A stretch of DNA of 64,000 nucleotides from Clostridiales bacterium. GTDB taxonomy: Bacteria; Bacillota; Clostridia; Oscillospirales; Acutalibacteraceae. Position 1 is the stretch's first letter; each line of letters opens with the position of its first letter. A model generated the notes under the pieces. That model was given only the letters and a program-made list of their open reading frames with translations. It made no database searches and was not told where the DNA came from. The stretch lies in contig DXYG01000003.1 in NCBI GenBank assembly GCA_019415925.1, forward strand, positions 1,666 through 65,665. The letters run 5' to 3'. Shown here in pieces: positions 9,522 to 17,847 of the stretch. The translations under genes were made by a program, and so were the position numbers.

Positions 9522-10721
9522 GTGAAAGAAGAAAAGGAAAGATATTCAAAGCTTGAAAGAGCGTTTAAGATACTGGAATATTTAAAAGTAAATTCCGACA
9601 GCGAGCATACCGTTACACAGGCGGCTCTGCGAAGGGAGCCTGAAATTGAGCCGTATCTGGGTGACAAAGAAACCTACAACGACACGATTGTAAAAATGGC
9701 TATGGCTTTGAACTCTGATGAATACGGCGTAAAGCCTGAGGACGACTGGAAGCTTGTTTTTAAAGATTTTATCAAAAAGTACGGCGATAGCACTCTTGAT
9801 GAAAGCGACTCTGAAGATGTTGACGCTAATCAGACAATGAGAATCCGAGGACTGTATTATAATCACACTTTCTCGTATGACGAAATTAACAGTATGATAG
9901 AAAGTATTTTGTTTTCAAAAACAGTAGATACCGAGTCGGCGAACAGGATAATAGAAAAGATTGAAAAAAACCTGACAACTAAATTCTATAAGAAAGGTGC
10001 AAAGAATATTTGCAGGGTAAAAGAGCCTGTGCTTGCCGACAGAGAAACTCTGCGTAAAAATCTGCTGACGATTCAGCGTGCAATTGATGACAGTGTGCAA
10101 ATCAGCTTTACTTTTAACGGCTATGACAAAGATAAAAAACTTGTGCCTAATCATAATAAGAAAGATACCGTCAGTCCTTATTATATTGTTGCAAGCGGTG
10201 GAAGGTACTATCTGCTTGCGTGTAAAGAGCTTGTGTTCAGTGAAAAAACTATCAGAAATATGTCAATCTGGCGTATTGATTTGATGACTGAAATAGAAAT
10301 TCCCGAACGTGATGAAAAGCATAATATCAACGGAATTCCGTCAGTCAGCAAGTGGAGGGTTGATAATCTTCCTCAGTCGTGGAGCGAGGATTTTCAGCTA
10401 TCTCACCTGAATATGTCATTTGATAATCCCGTAAAGATTAAATTAAGAGTTAAAAGTCCGAAAGAAAATAATAATCCGACAAAGCCTATGCGTGCTGATT
10501 ACACCTTTATGTACGATTGGTTCGGCGATACATTCAAATACATAAGAACAGAAGAAACCGAGCCCTATTACGATATAGTTGAAGTAAAGTGCAGTCCGTA
10601 CGCTATGGTAAACTGGTCGTTGCAGTACAGCGACAGGGTAGAGGTTATCGAGCCAGAGTCGGTCAGAAATATGGTTATTGAAAAGGTTATGAATCTTAAC
10701 AAAAAATATTTGAATAAGTAA
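9522..10721 (+). CDS. WYL-domain transcriptional regulator (wHTH-WYL-WCX)
   Basis: N-terminal ILEYLK.NSDSEH; AIDDSVQISFTF, VSPYYIV..GGRYYLLA, WRIDLM; C-terminal WSLQYSDRVEVIEPESVR. Confidence 0.9.
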   Translation: MKEEKERYSKLERAFKILEYLKVNSDSEHTVTQAALRREPEIEPYLGDKETYNDTIVKMAMALNSDEYGVKPEDDWKLVFKDFIKKYGDSTLDESDSEDVDANQTMRIRGLYYNHTFSYDEINSMIESILFSKTVDTESANRIIEKIEKNLTTKFYKKGAKNICRVKEPVLADRETLRKNLLTIQRAIDDSVQISFTFNGYDKDKKLVPNHNKKDTVSPYYIVASGGRYYLLACKELVFSEKTIRNMSIWRIDLMTEIEIPERDEKHNINGIPSVSKWRVDNLPQSWSEDFQLSHLNMSFDNPVKIKLRVKSPKENNNPTKPMRADYTFMYDWFGDTFKYIRTEETEPYYDIVEVKCSPYAMVNWSLQYSDRVEVIEPESVRNMVIEKVMNLNKKYLNK

Positions 10722-10820
10722 ATTTTTAGTAATTTTACTTTTGAAAATACGAGCGTGTGTACGACAGAGTTATTTTTATTGCTTGAGTAATCATCAACTC
10801 AGCTCTGAATCTTAAAGAAT

Positions 10821-10857
10821 CAGTAAAAGCGACCACCGAAAATGGTCGCTTTTACTG
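10821..10857. terminator. hairpin terminator
   Basis: CAGTAAAAGCGACCA...TGGTCGCTTTTACTG stem. Confidence 0.75.
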
Positions 10858-10906
10858 TTAATTCAGATTTCCTCTTATATCATTAAATAAATAATTTCAA
10901 AAATTA

Positions 10907-11006
10907 TGCACCCAAATCAAGCAATTGATTGTTTATATTAATAGAAGTGCTTCGGAACACAAAAAAGTGTGAGAGTATTGAAGGATAAACTTTAGCTGAA
11001 ACGAAA
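10907..11006 (+). repeat. diverged copy of the ECF sigma promoter and 5' end (other copy 14051-14153)
   Basis: Shared colinear blocks TGCACCCAAATCAA, TATTAATAGAAG.GCTTC, GAGTATTGAAGGA.AAACT, GCTGAAAC. Confidence 0.8.
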
Positions 11007-11067
11007 ATATGTAAATATTTAAATATATAAATATGTGCTAACATATATTTTTAGAGGAGAGGTTAAA

Positions 11068-13875
11068 ATGAAAAGAATCTTAGCGTCCATTCTTGTTGGT
11101 TTGCTTATGCTGAGTACGGCTGCTGTATCTGTCGGAGCGGCAGAAGACTATGCCGTTAATGTATCAGACGGAACAACAATATCGTTCAACACCACACCGG
11201 CTCTTTATGCTCACGGCGTTCTTAATTCCGCTGACACCGAGGCATGGCAGTCATGGCAGAGTGAGCATCTTACAAATTTAAAAGAGACCAATTCATCAGT
11301 AAAATACTTCTTTTTGCCGGTATCAGCCGATAACAGCAAGGCTGATATTTACAATGCCTATTCTGAGCCTGTAACTGTAAACGGCACAGAAATTGCGGCT
11401 GGCGAAACAGCTCAGATTAACTATGAAGTCGGCAAAAGCTACAGTGTTACTGCTGACAACAAAACCTACACCCTGAAGTTTATGAAATCAAATGCAGAGG
11501 CAGGAATATATATCAATAATTCAGATGCAGACGGCAACGGCACAAATCTTGCAACCTATCTTAACAAGGATAAGTCGAGAAGTGCTGCGGCAACAGGAGC
11601 AATCGTAGAGCCTGACGGAAGCGTTGACAATACTTCAATCAAAAAGATTAAAGGCAGAGGCAACACAACCTGGACAATGCCTAAAAAGTCGTACAATATT
11701 ACATACAGTGATAATGTAAGCATTGCAGGAATGAGTAAGGGTAAAAAATATTCAATCCTTGCAAATTATCAGGATGATTCTCTTTCAAGGAACAGATTTC
11801 TCTATGACCTTTCAGACGCTGTAGGTATGCCATATGCTTCCGATTCACGTTATGTTGATTTTTATGTCAATGGATTTTACTGGGGTTCCTATCAAATGTG
11901 CGAGAAAATCGAGGTTGGCAAAAACAGCCTGATTAACGATATTGATGATGAGGCATATCTTAATCAAGACGGCACGGTGAATACCGATTTTCCATTTGTA
12001 TGTGAAATTGACCCTAATGCAACAGCAGGTGAGGATTACTATGTAACCTGCAACTCAATAAAAGTTACAATTAAATCACCCGAACTTAATGAAGGTGATG
12101 CAGGCTATAATGAAGTTAAGGCATATGTAAGGAAAAAATTCAATAAGTTTTATACTTCTTTATATGATTATAAGGATATATCAAAGATTGCAGACATTGA
12201 TTCTATTGCAAAGCTGTATCTTATAAATGAAATAGGTAAAAACTGGGATTCCGGCGTTTCAAGCTTATTCTTTACCTGGAAACAGGATGAAAACGGTACG
12301 TATAAATTCTTCGGCTCACCTGTATGGGATTATGACAATTCACTCGGCAATGCAAAAGGTGTCAGCGAGGAACTTATGTATATGGGTGTTGACGATTACG
12401 AAGAATATACCGGCTGGTGGTGTAAATACAAGTTTAGTTATGATGGTTCATACAATTTAATATCCTGTATTTCAAAGAATGATTATGTGCTTAATGCAAT
12501 ACCGCAGATATGGTTTGATGATTTTGTTCCTGCACTCAACGATTTCTTTGGCAAAACGGATAACGACATTATGAAGTCATACAAACAGTATTACAGCCTT
12601 ATCGCAGATAGTGCAGAAATGAACTATCAGAGCGGCTGGAAGTTAAAAACAAGTAACAGCTGGATTGCTGACCATACAAAGCTGACAACAGCAGAATATG
12701 ATTCAGATACTCACAAGATGATGACAACAGCTAAAAAGACATATAGTAATAACTTTAACGGAATGTATGACTATGCAGTTGAATGGATGCAGGGCAGAAC
12801 TGCATGGCTGAGTGAGCAGTTCTATCCTGACAATGTTCAGGCAGAATATATTTTGGGTGACGCAGACCTCAACGGTGAAATAAGTATTACTGATGTAACC
12901 TTGATTCAGAAATATATTGCGGACATCACACAGTTTGAAAGCTCCCAGCTCAAGACTGCTGACATTACAGAAGATAAGAACATCAGTATTGACGATGCAA
13001 CAGATATTCAGAAATACCTTGCAGGCTTATCTTCTAAGCTTGGGGAGTATTTTAAAAACCGACTTCCATCAAATATTTCAGCTGAAATTGCCAATAAAAT
13101 CAAAGATGACGAACGCTTTGGAATTGACGACGGTTATTACTATGTCAGAATTTCACTTCTGAGTGACAACAATGACGCATTGGCTGACAGTATAATTGAG
13201 AAATATCTGTCTGAAGATAATTATTATACCTATGACGCTGAAAAAGGATATATTGATACATCATTGCCAAAGGAAACATTGCTGAATATTGCAAACGGTT
13301 ACGGTGACAGCGTTTACATATCATATCCTGTATATGAGCCAAAATGGGGAATTGTAAGCGAGCAGCTGCTTGCTGATATGGAAAATGCCGCCGATACAGA
13401 TAAATTTTTTGTTTTTATCTCTCTCAGTGATGATATTGATGTCAACAATTTTCTCTATACATATCTTGATAACACGGACAAGTATCTTTATGATAGTGAA
13501 GACAATAAACTGAAAGTGTATGCAACCAAGGCACAGCTTGTTGCACTTAACGAAAACCCGAACGGCTATTGTATTTACTATTCCACACCGTATAGTGAAT
13601 ATGGAATTGTTGACAGCTTTCTTGCTGAAAAAGTAAATAATGCAAACCCATATGAGAAGTTCAATGTAATAATCAGTCTATATGATATTGATGAAGAAAG
13701 CGTTTCTTATAATCCCCAGTATTACAGAATTATAAATAATTATTTTAGCAGCACAACGTATCATGAATATGATGATTTTTACGGCTATATCATTATTGAA
13801 GCTACAAAAGAACAGTTGCTAGCATTAAATGAGAGTGACGAGCGTATTCGTATTTCAGAATTTTTCGACGAATAA
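11068..13875 (+). CDS. secreted CotH-family kinase with dockerin and three C-terminal ~85-aa repeats
   Basis: Signal peptide; IKGRGNTTW..PKKSY, LANYQDDSLSRN, SPVWDYDNSLGN; dockerin GDADLNGEISITDVTLIQ...ADITEDKNISIDDATDIQKYLAG. Confidence 0.88.
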   Translation: MKRILASILVGLLMLSTAAVSVGAAEDYAVNVSDGTTISFNTTPALYAHGVLNSADTEAWQSWQSEHLTNLKETNSSVKYFFLPVSADNSKADIYNAYSEPVTVNGTEIAAGETAQINYEVGKSYSVTADNKTYTLKFMKSNAEAGIYINNSDADGNGTNLATYLNKDKSRSAAATGAIVEPDGSVDNTSIKKIKGRGNTTWTMPKKSYNITYSDNVSIAGMSKGKKYSILANYQDDSLSRNRFLYDLSDAVGMPYASDSRYVDFYVNGFYWGSYQMCEKIEVGKNSLINDIDDEAYLNQDGTVNTDFPFVCEIDPNATAGEDYYVTCNSIKVTIKSPELNEGDAGYNEVKAYVRKKFNKFYTSLYDYKDISKIADIDSIAKLYLINEIGKNWDSGVSSLFFTWKQDENGTYKFFGSPVWDYDNSLGNAKGVSEELMYMGVDDYEEYTGWWCKYKFSYDGSYNLISCISKNDYVLNAIPQIWFDDFVPALNDFFGKTDNDIMKSYKQYYSLIADSAEMNYQSGWKLKTSNSWIADHTKLTTAEYDSDTHKMMTTAKKTYSNNFNGMYDYAVEWMQGRTAWLSEQFYPDNVQAEYILGDADLNGEISITDVTLIQKYIADITQFESSQLKTADITEDKNISIDDATDIQKYLAGLSSKLGEYFKNRLPSNISAEIANKIKDDERFGIDDGYYYVRISLLSDNNDALADSIIEKYLSEDNYYTYDAEKGYIDTSLPKETLLNIANGYGDSVYISYPVYEPKWGIVSEQLLADMENAADTDKFFVFISLSDDIDVNNFLYTYLDNTDKYLYDSEDNKLKVYATKAQLVALNENPNGYCIYYSTPYSEYGIVDSFLAEKVNNANPYEKFNVIISLYDIDEESVSYNPQYYRIINNYFSSTTYHEYDDFYGYIIIEATKEQLLALNESDERIRISEFFDE

Positions 13876-13930
13876 ACCCACAGATATTTAGCAAACTATC
13901 CCCTTGCCTTCTCCTCGGTAAGAATATTGA

Positions 13931-13969
13931 AAAAAGTGTGTAAGCTAAAAAACAGCTTGCACACTTTTT
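13931..13969 (+). terminator. Rho-independent terminator
   Basis: AAAAAGTGTGTAAGCT-loop-AGCTTGCACACTTTTT. Confidence 0.75.
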
Positions 13970-14123
13970 GCATTTGCGGATAAATGTGCTACAATAAAAG
14001 AAAGGCTAGAAAAGAAATTAAAACTAAAACCTATTAAAAATCTAAAAATTTGCACCCAAATCAAACAATCAGTTGTTATTATTAATAGAAGCGCTTCAAA
14101 ATACAAAAGAGAGGGTGGGAGTA

Positions 14124-14666
14124 TTGAAGGACAAACTATTGCTGAAACTGAAAAAACACGATGAAAAAGCATTACAAGCTGTAATAGAGCAATATTCACG
14201 TCTTGCGGCAACGGTTGTAAACAATATCTCAAAAGGAAGTCTTACAAAGGAAGATATTGAGGAAACTGTTGCGGATGTATTTGTTACACTCTGGAATAAT
14301 GCGGATAAAGTGCAGGAGGGCAAGCTGAAAGGATATATCTGCTGTATCGCCCGAACACGCACACTTAATAAGATAGCAGTCAACAGGAATAAAGCTGTTC
14401 TCAATATTGACGACTACGACACCGAGGATGATTTTTCTATTGCGGATGAAACCGAGAAAAAGGACATACATAGGGAGCTTCGTGAGATTATCAAGGAAAT
14501 AGAGTTACCCGACAGGGAAATCCTGATACGGTACTACTATTATTATCAGACAGTTTCACAGATTTCCGAGGCGATGGAAATAAACATCGAAACGGTGAAA
14601 TCCAAGCTCAGGCGAACCCGCAATAAAATCAAAACAAAACTTATTGAAAGGAGTTACACACTATGA
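14124..14666 (+). CDS. ECF-family RNA polymerase sigma factor
   Basis: Region 2 DIEETVADVFVTLW...YICCIAR; region 4 DREILIRYY...ETVKSKLRRTR; likely TTG start at 14124. Confidence 0.92.
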   Translation: MKDKLLLKLKKHDEKALQAVIEQYSRLAATVVNNISKGSLTKEDIEETVADVFVTLWNNADKVQEGKLKGYICCIARTRTLNKIAVNRNKAVLNIDDYDTEDDFSIADETEKKDIHRELREIIKEIELPDREILIRYYYYYQTVSQISEAMEINIETVKSKLRRTRNKIKTKLIERSYTL

Positions 14667-16027
14667 AAACTACATTCAAGAAAGTTTTTGACGAATTCGA
14701 CGACGAACTTATGAATATTGATGAATTCAACGCCTGTGAAAGTATTGATATTGACGTTGAAAAAATCAAGACAGAAGTGCTTAAGCGTATTGATGATAAA
14801 AACGGCAAAAAGAAATTCAGCAAAAAGTTAATTACCTTACTTGTTGCGGCTGTAATATTAATTACCGGCACAGTCGGAGCCTTTGCAACAGGAAGTGTTC
14901 AGAGTATTTTCAAAGAGCTTTTCAACAACAGCGGTATGAATTCCGCAGGACTCTACGACGGCGGAAATGTAGAAATTGTCAGCTGTGACGACAGCCTCAA
15001 TGTTGAGCTTCTCGGATTAACGGGTGACAGAGAAAAGCTGTACTCGGCAATAGAGATTACCAAAAAAGACGGCAGTGCGGTTATTGATGAGGATTACGAA
15101 GAACCGTATTGCTGGCTGAAAGATATGCCGTCACCGATGCCTGAGGATAAAACCATTGACGACTACCTTTCCTGCAAAGCCGAATATGTAGATAAAAACG
15201 GTAATTCTTCAAGAGATAAAGACAGCGGTTTACTGGTATGGAATTCAATAAAATATTCACTCAGTGATGATAACAAAACCCTTAAAGTTTTTGTTTATTC
15301 TATAATAAGTGAAGATGATTTTCAAGACGGCAGAGTGACTGTTACAAGCGAAGGCGTTGGAGCCTATAATATTCATGAGGTTATTTATGAGGTAGATTAT
15401 GCGGGGAAAACTTTTTCGGATTATGATGACACCGAGCCTTTTGATGATGAGCTGATTGATAGGCGTTTGCAGGAGCTTGGCATTACAGAGGACGACTGCC
15501 AGAATGTAAGAAGTGGCAAAAAGATGAAGTATTGTTGGTGCGATACAAAAATAATAGAGCTTCCCTTTGAAATCAGCTTTGATCTCAACTACAAAACAGA
15601 CGGTATCATCAGCAATGAACTGACCATTGAAGACGCTCCGAATATTATTGAACCGGCAGCCGATAAGGTGAAAATGGAAGTAACTCCGTTTTCTGTTTAT
15701 CTTTACGGTCAATGCGATAAAGAGGTAGTCGAAAAATCAGGTTGGTCAGGACAGGCAGAGGCTTATCATAACCATTGCTTTAAGGACATCGGCTGGGAGG
15801 AAAACTCCAAGATTGTATTAAACGATGGCACTGTTTACTATCTTTATCCCGATGTGGGTGATGGAGAAGGCTTTGGAGAGGACGGAAACGCAGATTATTA
15901 CGAGGAGAAAGTTCCGCTTGGTTTTTCAACAGTTGTAGGTGCACCTTTAATTCCGGAAGTCAACGTAATAGACACAAGAGAAATCAAAACAATTATGATT
16001 TGCGGTGACACTGTTTACAGCAAATAA
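14663..16027 (+). CDS. membrane-anchored anti-sigma factor (DUF4179-like)
   Basis: ATGA overlap with the sigma gene, short cytoplasmic N-terminus, one TM helix (LLVAAVILITGTVGAFA), large acidic external domain. Confidence 0.75.
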   Translation: MKTTFKKVFDEFDDELMNIDEFNACESIDIDVEKIKTEVLKRIDDKNGKKKFSKKLITLLVAAVILITGTVGAFATGSVQSIFKELFNNSGMNSAGLYDGGNVEIVSCDDSLNVELLGLTGDREKLYSAIEITKKDGSAVIDEDYEEPYCWLKDMPSPMPEDKTIDDYLSCKAEYVDKNGNSSRDKDSGLLVWNSIKYSLSDDNKTLKVFVYSIISEDDFQDGRVTVTSEGVGAYNIHEVIYEVDYAGKTFSDYDDTEPFDDELIDRRLQELGITEDDCQNVRSGKKMKYCWCDTKIIELPFEISFDLNYKTDGIISNELTIEDAPNIIEPAADKVKMEVTPFSVYLYGQCDKEVVEKSGWSGQAEAYHNHCFKDIGWEENSKIVLNDGTVYYLYPDVGDGEGFGEDGNADYYEEKVPLGFSTVVGAPLIPEVNVIDTREIKTIMICGDTVYSK

Positions 16028-16034
16028 TTTTTAA

Positions 16035-16079
16035 AACAGGTGTACAGGTTTGAAAAGAATCTGTACACCTGTTTATTTT
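16035..16079 (+). terminator. Rho-independent terminator
   Basis: AAACAGGTGTACAG...CTGTACACCTGTTT followed by a T-rich run. Confidence 0.85.
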
Positions 16080-16179
16080 TATATATTCCGCGATTTTTTA
16101 TATGTTACCTATAGTGAATTTGATTGATTTTGTCGCTTTGTTATGATAATATAATGGTAGATTGTTTGGGGGTGAGAGT

Positions 16180-16659
16180 ATGGAATTTGACTGCGGATTT
16201 GTCAAAGAAAACAGGTGGTTTCGCTACAGAGCAGGTGCGATAATTATTGAGGACGGATATGTGCTTTTTGTCGGCAACGAGCGTGACAATTATCTCTACT
16301 CTGTCGGCGGTGCAGTGCATATCGGCGAATCAGCTGAGGACGCCGTGAAAAGAGAGGTTTTTGAGGAAACCGGTGCTCATTACGAGATTGAGCGGATGGC
16401 TTTTATCCACGAAAATTTCTTTAAGGGCAGTGAAAGCCTTGACGGGCTTGACTTTCACGAAATTTCAATTTACTTTCTGATGAAGCCAAACGGAAACCGC
16501 AATTTGACCTGCAACAGCGTTACGCAGACGGGAGAAAGGGAAAACCTGCACTGGATTCCCGTTGACAGGCTAGGCGAGTACAAAGCATTCCCGACGTTTT
16601 TAAAGGACAAAATCAACTGTATCGGAAACACAATTGAGCATATTATTACTCGTGAATAG
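16180..16659 (+). CDS. NUDIX hydrolase
   Basis: Nudix box GGAVHIGESAEDAVKREVFEETG. Confidence 0.9.
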   Translation: MEFDCGFVKENRWFRYRAGAIIIEDGYVLFVGNERDNYLYSVGGAVHIGESAEDAVKREVFEETGAHYEIERMAFIHENFFKGSESLDGLDFHEISIYFLMKPNGNRNLTCNSVTQTGERENLHWIPVDRLGEYKAFPTFLKDKINCIGNTIEHIITRE

Positions 16660-16696
16660 TAAAATAAGGCTTAAGAAATCAGTTTGATTTGTGATA

Positions 16697-16738
16697 TAAA
16701 CCATAATTTGTCGAGGCACTCGACTAAATTATCGTTTG
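16697..16738. repeat. minimal palindromic copy of the inverted-end element family
   Basis: TAAACCATAATTTGTCGAG-GCA-CTCGACTAAATTATCGTTTG. Confidence 0.8.
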
Positions 16739-16790
16739 GCCATGACTATAAATAATTAATTAATTTTCTTCAAAAAGGAGAGGATATACA

Positions 16791-17204
16791 ATGAAAAAAT
16801 ACATAAATATATCTTTGATTTACGCAATCGGCGCAATGGCAGGAGGAGTTTTCTACCGTGAATTTACAAAATTTAACGGCTTTACGGGCAACACAAGCCT
16901 TGGCAAGGTGCACACGCATTTGTTTTTGCTTGGTATGATTGTGTTTCTGCTCGTTGCATTGTTTGCAAAGCACTGCGACTTAAAGAACCGCAAATCGTTC
17001 AAAGCGTTTATGTGCGTTTATAACATAGGCGTACCGCTGACGTCTGTAATGCTTTTGGTGAGAGGAATTGTTCAGGTGCTGAATATCTCGCTCACTTCCG
17101 CAATGAACTCGGCAATTTCGGGCATTGCAGGAGTAGGTCACATTCTGACGGGTGTCGGCATAATTCTGCTTTTGCTGTCGCTGAGAAAGGCTGTCAAAAA
17201 ATAA
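16791..17204 (+). CDS. DUF2871-family membrane protein
   Basis: GVFYREFTK, VHTHLFLLG, ISGIAGVGHIL; four TM segments. Confidence 0.8.
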   Translation: MKKYINISLIYAIGAMAGGVFYREFTKFNGFTGNTSLGKVHTHLFLLGMIVFLLVALFAKHCDLKNRKSFKAFMCVYNIGVPLTSVMLLVRGIVQVLNISLTSAMNSAISGIAGVGHILTGVGIILLLLSLRKAVKK

Positions 17205-17310
17205 TTTTTGTGCAAACAGAAACGGGCAGCTCAATTGCGAACTGCCCATAATTTTCTATAAAGTAAAACAGGGACTATCAAACTGATAATCCCTGTAAAT
17301 TTAAAATTAA

Positions 17311-17847
17311 TTACATATTTCTGCTCATAAGGTTGTGAAGTTTAATTTCGCCTGTTTCGAGCGATTTCTGCACGTCGATTATTCTCTGATTTGACGAACC
17401 TCTGAAAGCAAGGCTTATGTCATATAAGTCCTGAACAAACTCACCGTCAACAAGTACGTCAATCAGCGAAAGCGTTTCGTCGGTAAATTCGCACCTTGCA
17501 CGGCTTTCGCTCAAAAGCTCCTTGTCAAAGAGATAACCCGTGTAGCACCAGACAGTTTTGTTTGGCAGTTCTTTTCTTATTCTGCGCAGAAATGGGAGAA
17601 GTACCTCTTGATTCTGTGGCTCAAACGGCTCACCGCCGAGGAGTGAGAGTCCGTCAATGTAGTCGGGAGAAAGGCACTCAATTATATAGTCCTCGGTTTC
17701 CTTTGTAAATGGTTTGCCGTATTCAAAGCTCCACGTTTCGGGGTTAAAGCAGTTTTTGCAGTGGTGGGTACAGCCCGAAACGAACAGAGAAACTCTTACG
17801 CCCTCGCCGTTTGCGATGTCGTAATTCTTGATTTCACCGTAATTCAT
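17311..17847 (-). CDS. nrdG: anaerobic ribonucleotide reductase activating enzyme
   Basis: DIANGEGVRVSLFVSGCTHHCKNCFN radical-SAM motif, RGSSNQR. Confidence 0.95.
   Translation of the reverse strand: MNYGEIKNYDIANGEGVRVSLFVSGCTHHCKNCFNPETWSFEYGKPFTKETEDYIIECLSPDYIDGLSLLGGEPFEPQNQEVLLPFLRRIRKELPNKTVWCYTGYLFDKELLSESRARCEFTDETLSLIDVLVDGEFVQDLYDISLAFRGSSNQRIIDVQKSLETGEIKLHNLMSRNM

Noticed and set aside
13929..13945. AAAAGTGTGTAAG matches the reverse complement of part of the IS256 right end (8678-8690), suggesting a composite transposon
   Set aside because: Only 13 bp match, the terminal IR bases are missing, and the sequence is explained as one arm of a terminator.
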